From Trypethelium eluteriae (lineage: Eukaryota), in contig JAVECL010000185.1 in the NCBI GenBank assembly GCA_051942245.1, positions 1-38,555 of the forward strand: a stretch of DNA of 38,555 nucleotides, read 5' to 3'. The position numbers and the translations under genes were made by a program. Positions 23,279 through 36,649 of the stretch are shown piece by piece. A model generated the notes under the pieces. That model saw only the letters and a program-made list of their open reading frames with translations. It did not search any database and was not told the origin of the DNA. Position 1 is the first letter of the stretch. Each line of letters opens with the position of its first letter.

Positions 23279-25681
23279 ATGGCTTCGGCACCTGGCACTA
23301 CGACTTCGCTAGTCGCTGACACATATTCTTCACCGACAGGTCCATCTAGGCCGAACAATCGCCGGGGAGGTGGCAGGAAAGGGAACAGTACCGACAGAGG
23401 TTCAAGAGGTAGTAACTCTGGCTTCCGAGGACGGGGCCGGGGCCGGGGAAGAGGAGGCCTTGATGTTGGGAACAGAGAGCAAGTGACTACAACGAATGGC
23501 GCTGGAAATACCGCCACTGCGGGGCTCGTGTTGAACTCGGAGGCTCCGCGGAAATCTGAACAAGCAGAGGCTCCCAAGACAGTGAATGCAGACAACACAA
23601 GCATTGGGAGCGAAGTCGAAGCCGAGGTTTGCTTCATATGCGCGTCACCAGTTGAACACAACAGTGTAGCTCCATGCAACCACCGGACCTGTCATATATG
23701 TGCTCTGAGGATGCGGGCCCTCTACAAGACGAAAGCTTGCGCCCATTGTCGAACAAACAGTGATTTTGTCGTCTTCACCGACGATGTGACTAAGCGGTAT
23801 GAGGACTTTATAGATGGAGATTTTGCGCGTGTCGATGACAACCTGGGCATCCGCTACGAGAACCAAGATATCTTCGAGGACACCTTATTGCTTCTTCGGT
23901 ACAACTGTCCAGATTCAACATGTGACGTCGCATGCTTGAGTTGGCCTGATTTGCATCGGCACGTAAAGACTGTTCACGGAAAAGTGATGTGTGACTTGTG
24001 TGTCAGGAACAAGAAGGTTTTCACACATGAGCATGAGCTTTTCACGCCAAGTGAGCTACGCAAGCACGAACGGTTTGGTGACGACAATCCTGGAGCGATT
24101 GATCAGAGCGGCTTTAGAGGACATCCCGAATGCGGGTTTTGCCGAAGGCGGTTTTATGGCGATGACGAGCTCTACGCGCATTGTAGGGAAAAGCATGAGC
24201 GCTGTCATATCTGCGACAGGCAGGGAGGAAATCAGCATCAGCAATATTTTCTTGACTACAACGCACTAGAAGAACACTTCAAAAAGGACCATTTTCTATG
24301 CCTTGACACCGAGTGCTTGGAGCAAAAATTCGTCGTCTTTTCATCTGAGATGGATCTGAGGGCACATCAACTAGAAAAACACCCGAGTGGCATGACGAAA
24401 GACGCAAGAAGAGATGCTAGACGTGTAGACATGTCAGGCTTTGACTATAGAACACCCCGCGAGCCGGACAGAGGAAGAGGAAGGGAAGGGAGAGGAAGAG
24501 GTCGAGGCCGAGGTAGAGATCCCAACTCGGAACCGCTGCCTGTGAGTTCGGCCCAGCAATTGCGAAGAGACGAAGTGGCATACCAGAGGCAGATGGCTAT
24601 CCAGAGCGCTCAATCCATCTCAACCCGAACGTTTGGTGGTCATCTCACATCAACAAATGAACCCACATCTAGGTCACAAGCTCGACAACCTGACGGACAA
24701 AACCAAGTCTCACAAAGCGTGAATAGCAACGTTCACTCAATGAACAACCTCAACATCGCATCCAACGATCCACCGCCACAGTCTACTTCGCCACGACCTC
24801 CTCCCGCACTGACACCTCAGGAACAGGCACGGCAGTTACGCCATAATGCTGTTGTTGAACGAGCCTCGAACATGCTCCGCAATGACGCAACTAAACTCTC
24901 CGAGTTTCGTACTCGGATTTCCTCTTTTCGTACCTCCTCCATCACTGCTACCGAATTGATCGACGCTTTCTTCTCCCTCTTCGATAGTTCCTCCGCAGAA
25001 CTAGGCAAATTGATTAAGGAACTCGCCGAAATTTTCGAAATACCTGAGAAGCGCAACAATCTGCTCAACGCATGGAATGATTGGAGGGCGATCAATGAAG
25101 ACTATCCCTCGCTTCCCGGTGCCAGCGGTGTCCCTGCAGGCGCCTCCGCATCATCGGTTGGCAGCGGAGGTTCTCGCGTATTGAAGTTGAAAAGCTCAAC
25201 GGCGCGGAGCAATCGCTCAGCAGCTAACCGGCAAGGAAGTTGGGGTTCAGCTTTTCCGCCCATCCAAGCAAGTGCTGCTGCTGGGTCCTCAAGTGGTGGA
25301 GCGGACAGCTCAAGGGCCCCATGGGTCGCAGCCAACTCGGCAACGGCTCGTGCCCAGCCGAAAGCTAGAGGTCCCAGCAGCGCCAGTACCAAGGCACCGA
25401 ATAAGGAGGAAGCGTTTCCTGCATTGCCGGCGGCTGCGAAGCCCACGAGCACGGTATTCAGTCCAGGATACTCCGGACCAGGAGTACGCAGAGATAAGTC
25501 AGGAACAAGCACCCCGGTGAATGCTTGGGCAAACAGCTTTGGAGGAGGTGGAGGCGGTAGTGGGCAAGCAAGTGCGAACGCGAGTGCTGGGGCGAGCGAG
25601 GCGGAAGCTGAAGATACGAGTGCAGGTGTCAAAAAGAAGGGGAACAAGGGTAAGAAGCAGATGCTCTTTCAATGGGGATGA
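23279..25681 (+). CDS. HEL2: E3 ubiquitin ligase Hel2/ZNF598 (ribosome quality control), 800 aa, single exon
   Basis: RING CFICASPVEHNSVAPCNHRTCHICALRMRALYKTKACAHCR; C2H2-like fingers (GHPECGFCRRRFYGDDELYAHCREKHERCHIC); EEAFPALP motif; basic C-terminus KKKGNKGKKQMLF. First ATG at 23279. Confidence 0.93.
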   Translation: MASAPGTTTSLVADTYSSPTGPSRPNNRRGGGRKGNSTDRGSRGSNSGFRGRGRGRGRGGLDVGNREQVTTTNGAGNTATAGLVLNSEAPRKSEQAEAPKTVNADNTSIGSEVEAEVCFICASPVEHNSVAPCNHRTCHICALRMRALYKTKACAHCRTNSDFVVFTDDVTKRYEDFIDGDFARVDDNLGIRYENQDIFEDTLLLLRYNCPDSTCDVACLSWPDLHRHVKTVHGKVMCDLCVRNKKVFTHEHELFTPSELRKHERFGDDNPGAIDQSGFRGHPECGFCRRRFYGDDELYAHCREKHERCHICDRQGGNQHQQYFLDYNALEEHFKKDHFLCLDTECLEQKFVVFSSEMDLRAHQLEKHPSGMTKDARRDARRVDMSGFDYRTPREPDRGRGREGRGRGRGRGRDPNSEPLPVSSAQQLRRDEVAYQRQMAIQSAQSISTRTFGGHLTSTNEPTSRSQARQPDGQNQVSQSVNSNVHSMNNLNIASNDPPPQSTSPRPPPALTPQEQARQLRHNAVVERASNMLRNDATKLSEFRTRISSFRTSSITATELIDAFFSLFDSSSAELGKLIKELAEIFEIPEKRNNLLNAWNDWRAINEDYPSLPGASGVPAGASASSVGSGGSRVLKLKSSTARSNRSAANRQGSWGSAFPPIQASAAAGSSSGGADSSRAPWVAANSATARAQPKARGPSSASTKAPNKEEAFPALPAAAKPTSTVFSPGYSGPGVRRDKSGTSTPVNAWANSFGGGGGGSGQASANASAGASEAEAEDTSAGVKKKGNKGKKQMLFQWG

Positions 25682-26610
25682 TTCGGACGCAACACGGATA
25701 GTCACTCCTACCAGGGCGGCGGACACTCGGCGGTGAAAGGGTTATCTCTCAGTGCAGTGACCTTCGTGTTGCACGACTTTAACCTGGCATGCAAAGACCT
25801 GCACTTCATCGAGATTGGGGGAGGTGCTCTCAGGGGGATAGGTCTAACTGTCGTATCCGTGTCTTAAGTTGAAACGGTTGGACTTGATATATGCTGTAAC
25901 GGTCGAAATGCCCTGGGATAGAAGAATATGCATTATAGGAACATATGGTGTCATGTAATTTATATGCTTAACAGTGTGGACCAGCGCAGCGGCGCGAAGG
26001 AAAAGTCAAATCAGGCCTGGGACCAGTTCCAGTAACGACTGACAGGCAGTGATGCATCCGATTATCCGGTTGGGTTGACCTGAGCATTGGGAATTCTTCC
26101 CGCAGCAAGGTTCCTGCGTCTATAGCGTAATAGCGAGTCAATCATCTGGTTTTGCTCCCAAAGTAGTAGTTTCGTGAGACGTTCAACCACGCTGACAGCG
26201 ACATCGTCAACGCCTGAACCTACAGTACCATGCCCTTTCACGCATCGGCACATTTTGATAGCGCATTAGCCTCAGCGGCTGTCAGACTCCTGCTGTACGA
26301 AACAGGTCGCAAGCGCGCGGTCCGAAGCGTGATGGTGTGATCTATCAAACGGCTCCTGGTCATGGCTATCGGACTAATTGCAGCACTTGGGGGCATCCGG
26401 CATCAGGCACTGGCACCGCAGGACTGGTCACTGCATACTCGTAGCGCTGGAATGACATCTGGACAGCAGTCTGATTACAGTGATGGACCGCAAAGTGGTA
26501 GCCTAGGCGGATGAAAATCAACGACGGTTTCGTCAGTGCAGTACGACCCGGCTGGGGGGTCGCAGACACTCGCCCACTCACCACCACGGCTGCGTCCCAG
26601 CAAATGGAGG

Positions 26611-26657
26611 AGGCTTGAGTAGGCTTGAGCAGGCTTGAGTCGACTTGGAGTAGGCTG
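26611..26657. repeat. 10-bp tandem repeat AGGCTTGAG(T/C), three copies plus a degenerate copy
   Basis: aggcttgagt aggcttgagc aggcttgagt cgacttggag taggctg. Confidence 0.8.
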
Positions 26658-27043
26658 TCCCGGCTTGGCGTGCAAAGATGCATCCGCGGCCCGCCTCCTG
26701 TTCATTCGCCGCACTCAGCCGGGCTGTTGCAGGATGCACATTGGACGAGGCGTTGACTCTTCCCAGCACCTGCGTCCCCGGGCAGCTCACAGGCCTCAGG
26801 GCGACCCGACAGCGACCAGAGCCCTTCCAAGCCCTCCTCCCATCGGTGCATCTCCCTCCACACAGACCACCGAGGCAGCCGACGTTGAACATCGCGATTG
26901 CTTGTCGCTCGCATCTCGAAGGAGCTCGCACCTGGTGGCAAGCGTGGGCGGGTTGCGGCACTGAAGCAATCGGCCGGCCCGCCAGCAGAGTTAGGGGAGG
27001 CACACTACGCCGTCGTCGTCGCAGCGACTGGCAGGTATTAAGT

Positions 27044-27252
27044 TATAAAGTTACATCTTCCCACCTTCCCTGCGCTAGCAGTGCGCACATCACTGCCTCA
27101 CCCTTTGCTCAAACCACCCAGTAGCACTGCGTCAACCTGCTTGAGCTGTGAGTGCTGTCCACACCCCCACTCCTGCCTCCAGTGCTGCAAAGGTCCGCTC
27201 GACCTGCGTCTGCTTTTTTCCTCGACTGCCTGCTAACATCGGCCCATGGCAG
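27044..27252 (+). promoter_or_regulatory. Putative TATA box and 5' leader intron upstream of velB
   Basis: TATAAA at 27044-27049, followed by a pyrimidine-rich stretch; GTGAGT 27148, GCTAAC 27232 and CAG 27250-27252. Confidence 0.45.
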
Positions 27253-27716
27253 TCGGAGCTGCTGTCCCGCCCTGGTCGTACTACTGTAGGGCCGCAAAAG
27301 CTCAACTGGCCCGACCTTCCGACTTGGAAGGGGCCTAGAAAACACGTACGACGGCTGGGGAGTGCCTGCAGCGTGAACTTATTGAGGGGTGGGAACCTGC
27401 GTGAGTCGTAATGGGTTATCAGATGATGGCATAGAAAGGGCTCAAGCGAAAACTCTGGAGTGGCTTGCAAGCAATCGCGCCGAGTACGTTACAGATACTG
27501 TCGTTACCGCTCGGTTGCATTGGCTGCTCTCCACCCACTGACCCAAGGAAAAAAAAAACCGTCTTCGCAAGAACAAAGCTTCGTCCCACTCACGCAGACG
27601 CCTAAAATACTGCCCCCCCGGTGCTCCACTACTAGACTCTTGAGTACCGAGTCGACTTCACACCTTATCCATCCTCTTTCTCTACCTATCTTGTTCACTT
27701 GACTTTTCCAAAAAGC

Positions 27717-29149
27717 ATGTATACTCCAATGCATCACCCTCCTCCTGCCCACTCGACCTTGCCGCTGAACTTCGGTGCTTCAGAGCTTCCCACGCCACCC
27801 GAAATGCAGAATCAACCCCCTCCGCCGCATAATGTGCTCCCGGCACCAAATGGACAGCAAACGCAACCGCCCGGGCAGCGCTTGGCACCTGTATCAGGCC
27901 GGAAAGATGGCAAGGTTTGGTCGTATGTAACTCTTATTGCATGTCTTTTATTCCCTCAACTGACGTGGGCACAGCCTCAGAGTAGAACAGCAACCTATTC
28001 GCGCCCGCATGTGTGGCTTTGGCGACAAAGTAAGTATTTTTCTGGCTAGGCTACCATCGGGTGGCACTGCCCGCCGCCGGATCGGGCTTTGGTTGACCAC
28101 CTGTTACACAGGACCGACGCCCTATCACTCCACCACCATGTATCAGGCTGATGGTACACGATGAGAAGACTGGCGTTGAAGTCGACTTCAAGTACGTTCA
28201 TTGTCTAGTATCATTGAGTGGTTTTGCTTTTTGATCCGACAAGACTAACATTTTCCCAAGTGAGATCGATCCCACTTTCTTCGTTCTAGGCGTGGACTTG
28301 TGGTCAGCCGATGGGGTACAGGAAGTCAACCTCGTTAGGCATGCTGGCATGCTTCCAGTGAACTCCATTTCCGCTGCGACGACGACTTCTTATCCTCCTC
28401 CGCCAGAGCGTATGGAACAAATCGTCCATGTCATGCAGAATCCCATGATAAATCCGTATACCGGACAACCCATGCCACCGCAACCTGTGCAGGTCTACTC
28501 GCAGATGCCAAACACCTATCGTCCAGGCGTGCAGACACCAATGTCTATGCCCATGACTCCTAGCGGCATGCCACCTGGAGGGTACGCTCCTCAGCCGGGG
28601 ATGCCAGCTTATAGCCAACCGCAGCCTCAATTCGCGCCAACGATGCAGGTGCAACCTCAACCTCTTTCGGCTGCTGGCATGTTCACAAGAAATCTCATAG
28701 GAAGTCTAAACGTGAATGCTTTTAGGTTGACTGATCCTGAGGGCAAAGTTGGCTTTTGGTTTGTCCTGCAAGACCTCTCAGTTAGGACAGAAGGAACTTT
28801 TCGGTAAGCAACATCTGTTCCACTCACTGTCCTATACCTACATTTGTCTGCGTCTGACTCGGCGATCTCTGAACTCGGTTTGTTAATAACAATGTCTTGC
28901 AGATTGAGAATGAATTTTTTCGATGTTGGCAGCGGCAACGGTGCTACAGTCAGCAAAGGCACCTGCCCTGTCCTTGCTAGTGTCTTTTCAGACGTATTTC
29001 AGGTCTTCTCTGCCAAGAAATTCCCGGGGGTCATTGAAAGTACGGCACTCAGCAAATGCTTCGCTGGCCAGGGGATCAAGATCCCTATCCGTAAAGATGC
29101 CCCCAAGACTCTGAGCAACCAGGCAGAGTACGATGCAGACGAGGATTGA
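27717..29149 (+). CDS. velB: Velvet complex subunit VelB, ~376 aa; exons 27717-27922, 27975-28029, 28112-28191, 28261-28803, 28903-29149
   Basis: Split velvet domain: LRVEQQPIRARMCGFGDKDRRPITPPPC...VDLWSADG, a P/Q/M-rich insertion, then FTRNLIGSL..FVLQDLSVRTEGTFRL..FSAKKFPGVIESTALSKCFAGQGIKIPIRKD. Confidence 0.93.
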
Positions 29150-29889
29150 AGTTCTTTCTGTTCTCAAAAGGCTTTCGTATGATTCTCCGCTCTCCCATGT
29201 CGTTCGACTACATCTATTAGGGATTTCCCGGGACATATCATATCTCGCATCGTAATGAGGAACGTCCAAAAAACAATACAGCAATACAACAGGGCCACAC
29301 AGCACCACTAAGGACTTTTTTACGTCCCAATAAAACGGCAATTTGGAGTCGACTCCGCGAACGTATATGCCGGAGCCTGTTATGAGAAACTGGGAGAGGT
29401 GGGAAGAGCGGCGGTTCGCTATGAGCACTTCACATGCTGCGTGCATCGTTTTCAAGGCGCAGGACCATACAGCCAAAGACATACCTTATCGAGCCTGGTG
29501 CGTGTCAAATCAAGGACTCGTGCACGTAAAAGTTGGCGGAGGGCAGCGCTCAGCTTTATCATTCGGTCAACGAAGATGATGGTTGAGATCTACTGGGGTC
29601 AGATGGCATCCGGAATTCTACGGCCCCGTGGAGCCTCAAAGCATGGCACCTAACGCCTTGCACCTGTCCGCCATTGCCCATGCAAACCTATTGGAAATAT
29701 GGAAAACTGACTCGGAGTGGAGGAATGACGCCCTAGACATGACCAAAACCATTATTTCGTGAAGATAAAAAGGCATGGTCTCACTGATTCGGAAATTCTG
29801 CGCGTATTCAATTTGCGCCTGCAATGCATTCCAAAAGTACATAGCTGGTATCTATCACTTCGTCTATTATGAAATGCTTAGCCCTCCTT

Positions 29890-30610
29890 TCATCCCCTGC
29901 GCTCAATTTTATTGAGTTTCTTTGCGGTTGTTGTCTGCACCCGCCATCAGCATTTGCGTCATTCCCAGCTCACCGGAGAGCGTCGGTGCTACTATCCCAA
30001 CATCTCGGTCGGAGCAACGTAAAGACATACCTGCGTTCTTGTGCGCTGACCTCTAACTGGCAACCCCATTGCGTGCCTCCTCCCCCGATAACTGCCCATG
30101 TCTCGTAGTCGTCGTATTCGATCGTGTAGCTGCCGCCGCAAATCATTGTCGATTGTCATCTTGGAGAGCTCATTGTTTAGGTTGTCGATGGTGGCGGCGT
30201 TGATCTGAGCAAGGCGAGCGGTCGGGTGGATCGAGAAGCGGGCCATGAGGGTAGTGCAGACATTGGGACCAATTCCGTAGAAGGATTGAAGGGCAGACTG
30301 AGAGAAAGAGGGTCAGCGTACAATAGCAAAGCGGAGTGAGTGGTTACGAGTTTGGAGTTTGCGCTCCAGGGCCTGTAGTGGAATACGTTATGATTTCGCA
30401 AATCTTGCAGCATCTTCGGGTAGATTCGAGATCTATACAGAATAGTTCATGACGAATAGAGAGTGGTTCACAGGAGTAGCGCAAGGACATTATATACCTT
30501 CACCATTTTCTTTTCTGGGAAGTTGATCCCAAAGACGAAGACCTATTTGCGAGCCGCTGCATCAGCAGTGATTCAGAAGAAATTACGAGGATGAGGTTAT
30601 GCCGCACCAT
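29890..30610 (-). CDS. SWS2: Mitochondrial small-subunit ribosomal protein uS13m, ~119 aa; exons 30610-30608 (ATG only), 30542-30498, 30297-30031, 29934-29890
   Basis: Spliced M|VFVFGINFPEKKMVK|SALQSFYGIGPNV..IRRLRDMGSYRGRRHAMGLPVRGQRTRTQ|TTTAKKLNKIERRG, with the S13 signature YRGxRHxxGLPVRGQRTR. Confidence 0.9.
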
Positions 30611-30737
30611 CCTGTCAGCTCTTTCAGCACCTGGGTATCAATTGACTGAAAAAACGAAAGACGGTGAAACGATGCGACAATGTTTGAATCGTTTAGATGT
30701 CGCAGGTCGCGTAAAGATGAAACTGGAGATTCCGATA

Positions 30738-30745
30738 TCACGTGA
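30738..30745. promoter_or_regulatory. Palindromic TCACGTGA (bHLH E-box-like) site in the divergent uS13m/cypB promoter
   Basis: Exact TCACGTGA in a ~430-bp bidirectional intergenic region; function not shown. Confidence 0.3.
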
Positions 30746-31056
30746 ATGGCTTGTCGCATCTGTCCCGGAGCGGGGATGTTCTGATTTTAGGCGGGAGAGT
30801 TCAGTAGCGACAAGGATTTCAAGCTACGTTTCGATATTGTTAAATTGCAAGCTTCCCCAGACCAGCTGTTGCAATTGCAATTCCAACTCACTCACTTGCT
30901 GCCCACAGTACCTTCCGTGGTTATAGTTTCCTTAAATCTCAACGCTTGCTAACGTTGGGACACCTGTTCTGCTGGTTTCTTGGCTGGAGTACTTCAATCG
31001 AGCTAAGAGAGGCTCGGGGGATCCTTTCCACACCACATTACATGCAATTGTTCGAT

Positions 31057-31795
31057 ATGGCGAACATGCAGAGACTTGCGATTTCTGTGCTTGTCATTTT
31101 GACATTCACATTCTTATTCATGGGACAGACGGCTCAGGCCGTCAAAGGACCCAAGATCACGCATAAGGTAAGGCTTTTGTTCGTCAGTTGACCAGTTGCA
31201 GCGTATACTAATCGGGGATCATTCAGGTCTACTTCGACGTCACGCATGGCGATAAGGAGATGGGCCGAATCGTGATGGGCCTTTACGGGAAGACGGTCCC
31301 CAAGACTGCCGAAAATTTCCGAGCTTTGTCGACTGGTCAAGAGGGCTATGGTTACGAAGGTTCTACTTTCCACCGTGTCATCAAAGACTTCATGATCCAG
31401 GGTGGAGACTTTACAAGGGGTGATGGCACTGGTGGAAAGTCAATCTACGGAGCTAAGTTCCCTGACGAGAACTTCAAGCTGAAGCACAGCAAGAAGGGTC
31501 TTCTTAGTGAGTAGCCACATTGAGTTAAGTATAAAACAGACTACTTAACGCTCCATTAGGTATGGCAAACTCTGGCCAGGACACCAATGGCAGTCAGTTC
31601 TTTATCACCACTAGCACGCCAGCTCATCTCAACGGTAAACATGTCGTCTTTGGCGAGGTGCTGGAAGGCTATGATATTGTGGAGGCCATTCAGAATGTCG
31701 ACAAGAATCCTGGTGATAAGCCAAAGCTGACGGTGAAGATTGCCAAAAGTGGAGAACTGGAGGTGCCTGAAGAAGGTATTCATGTGGAGCTATAG
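31057..31795 (+). CDS. cypB: ER cyclophilin B (peptidyl-prolyl isomerase), soluble isoform ending HVEL; exons 31057-31167, 31227-31506, 31560-31795 (alternative ATGs at 31042 and 31066)
   Basis: Signal peptide ([23 protein letters not shown]), [55 protein letters not shown] and an HDEL-like C-terminal HVEL. Confidence 0.94.
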
Positions 31796-31863
31796 TCTCC
31801 CCTCACTCCACCTGGTTTCTCTTGGCGCTCTGGATGTACTGATGCTTGGATTCACTACTTAAG

Positions 31864-32216
31864 ATTTGTACGGCTCGGCTGCTCCCGCCGTTCCACCAGA
31901 AGAACTCGATACGTCTTTGCCGAAGATTATACCACCAGCAGCCCATCAAGCCCATCAAGGGAGACCGGCTGGAGAGGAGGAATACGAGATGTTGGAGGAG
32001 GCTGAGGAGAAGAGTGAGAAGGGTCAAAAGAAAGGCGAAGGCAAGGTCAAGATGCCGTCGTCCATCTATAACAAGGTCGCATACAGTGATAGGGGACTCT
32101 CGAATCTACAGAGACTGGGGCTCTTTGGTGCTATCGTGACAATGATTGTTTTGTACATTCGTCACCGCCGCAATGCTGCTCGCCAAAGGGAATTCGACGA
32201 TAAGGTGTTGGCATGA
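31864..32216 (+). CDS. cypB: Alternative terminal exon of cyclophilin B encoding a linker, one transmembrane helix and a short cytosolic tail
   Basis: Intron 31776-31863 (G|GTATTC..ACTGAT..AAG) joins VPEE to DLYGSAAP... in the frame of ORF 31866..32216, which has LGLFGAIVTMIVLYI followed by RHRR and ends DDKVLA. Confidence 0.7.
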
Positions 32217-32870
32217 GTCAGATGTGGAGGATTACCTAGATAGACCCATAGCACAAGCATTTACTGTAGTTGCCCCTCGATGACGCTGTGCCCCCATCAC
32301 CGCTACGATCCACAATCATGCCACAATGCGTGCTGATCACATGCAAGGCAACTCAGGAAAGCGTAGCCTGGCTGTGAGTCGCTATATTGGGGTGAAGGGA
32401 GAACGGCCCGTGCGCTTAGCTCGACGAAAATTAAGGTAGTTGCGTGGTTGCTCAGTCAGTGCTCACCTCGCCGCCTGCCGCAACGCTCACCTCAATTTCT
32501 TTCTCTCTCCCAACCTCAACCTCTCTGCACCCCTTCAAATAGATCCCCCATACTTTGTTTCTTTCACTGTCCTCTGTCCCGACGCTTTTCCTACCAGCGT
32601 CATTCATTCCTCCAGCTGTGAATTTCCGGGGGGGCCCACTGCTCTCTGCCAAAAAGGGTTTCAGGCGCGTCTCGACGCCTCACGGTCGAATTTTCACAGG
32701 TACTTAGCCTCACCAACCCCACTCCACTACTTCTCCCGCCATCTAACTTTATATGCAGTAATTTTTCGATTTCTTAATTACCAATAGACAACCTCTTCAC
32801 GATCCGCATCACTTATCTTCGACCTTTGCCACTCCATACGTGATCTCGATCGACAAATTATCATTCCACG

Positions 32871-35092
<2,222 letters not shown>

Positions 35093-36649
35093 GCTCCAGC
35101 AGCGACACCATGATCGGACACACGACACTCAGGTACTGTGTCGTCCTAATCTTTTCCTCTTGTTTGCATCTTATTTTGCTGCGGTCCATTTCTGCTTCAT
35201 TGTCACGGCCGGACTTTCATGGATCCACTGAGCGGTACGGCTCATTGCGTCCGAAGTTGCTTTTTCGAATACCCCTACCGCATATAGACAGCGTTGGCTT
35301 ATCTGCTAGACTTCCTCAATCCGCTCTGCCCGACAAGGAAGATTGGCAGATGCCTGCATATTACAGACGATGGCGCAGGCGACTTTGCTCCCCCCAGGTT
35401 CGGGGAGCTCTAGCGTCGACACTGACGCGTCACGACTGTTACGAACATCCGAGCTTCTGCTGGCTGGGCTATGCCGCTCAATAGATCTTGGTCCCCGTTT
35501 TCTTCCTCTGCGTTGCATTTGCACTGGTCGAATCGCTTCTATTCAGATGTTTATCATCATTTCTACACCCCAAAAGTGATCCTGGCTAACATTTTGTTCT
35601 TCTGCTCAAGCAGAGTACCTTGACCCGGAGGTCGATTTCATCCTCGTTGATTCGGGGTTCAGGGGCTTGTAGCATTTATGCGCTACGCCTCTGTGGTGCT
35701 TTTTTTTAGAAAGGATTGCAAAATCACTGCGACGGCGAGAGGGGACACAGCAAAAGTGTTCGGCTGATTGACTGTTCACTCTGGCTCTCATACTCGATTC
35801 CCCTCATCAAAAATTGCTGAAGAGCTGAGAGCGTCTAGCTAAAGGCTTTTTTCATTTCTTCGTGATCTAGTCAGGATCACCTACAAAAAACTCTGCTAAA
35901 TTGCGATCTGAATTTGATAATTAAATAGATTTCCTGACTTATGTACCATCGGCACTCGAATCCTATAGTACTCTAGTCTACATCCACATTTGCATTTCTG
36001 TGATACTGCTCGATAGTGCATTGCTTAGGCTGATAGTCTGCGTAGTACCTAATAATTCATTCTAAGAAGGTATGATAACTGAGGTGAAGTATTCGCATTC
36101 ACATTTACGCCGCTGTCGCGAGAATATGTCTCGCATATTGTGAGGATCAGATTCACTGAGGATTTGATGGTCGTATTAAATCAGGAATAGCGGAGTTACA
36201 AATCTGATAAATACATGACTGATAGTCGAGTCACATTCTAGATGCCACGTCGTTGCAATTCGCGGAGTAAATGCTGCTCCAGGTGCGGCAAAACAGATAC
36301 CTATGCATATCACCACCTCTGGCAGTAGGCAGGAAACCGAAAGTGGTGATATCGGCGAAACGTTGGCAAAGGTGTAGACGCGCATTGACGGCGAAAATGA
36401 AAGCTCGCGGTTGGCCTTGCATATTTTCCGCGTGGTACCTACTCCGTACCTGACGATGTGACAAGCTAGCCGAGTACAAAAGGAACCAATCTCCTTCACA
36501 AGTCTCCGAGACTTCATCATGGATGTCCTTGCACCTTTCATCTAACCACCGAGTTAATTCATCCAAACTTCCCCTTTTACGCATGAGCATCTTTCCCTTT
36601 AAGCTCAGCCCTACAACCGTTGTCTTCCCATAAGGCGCCCTTGATCGAA

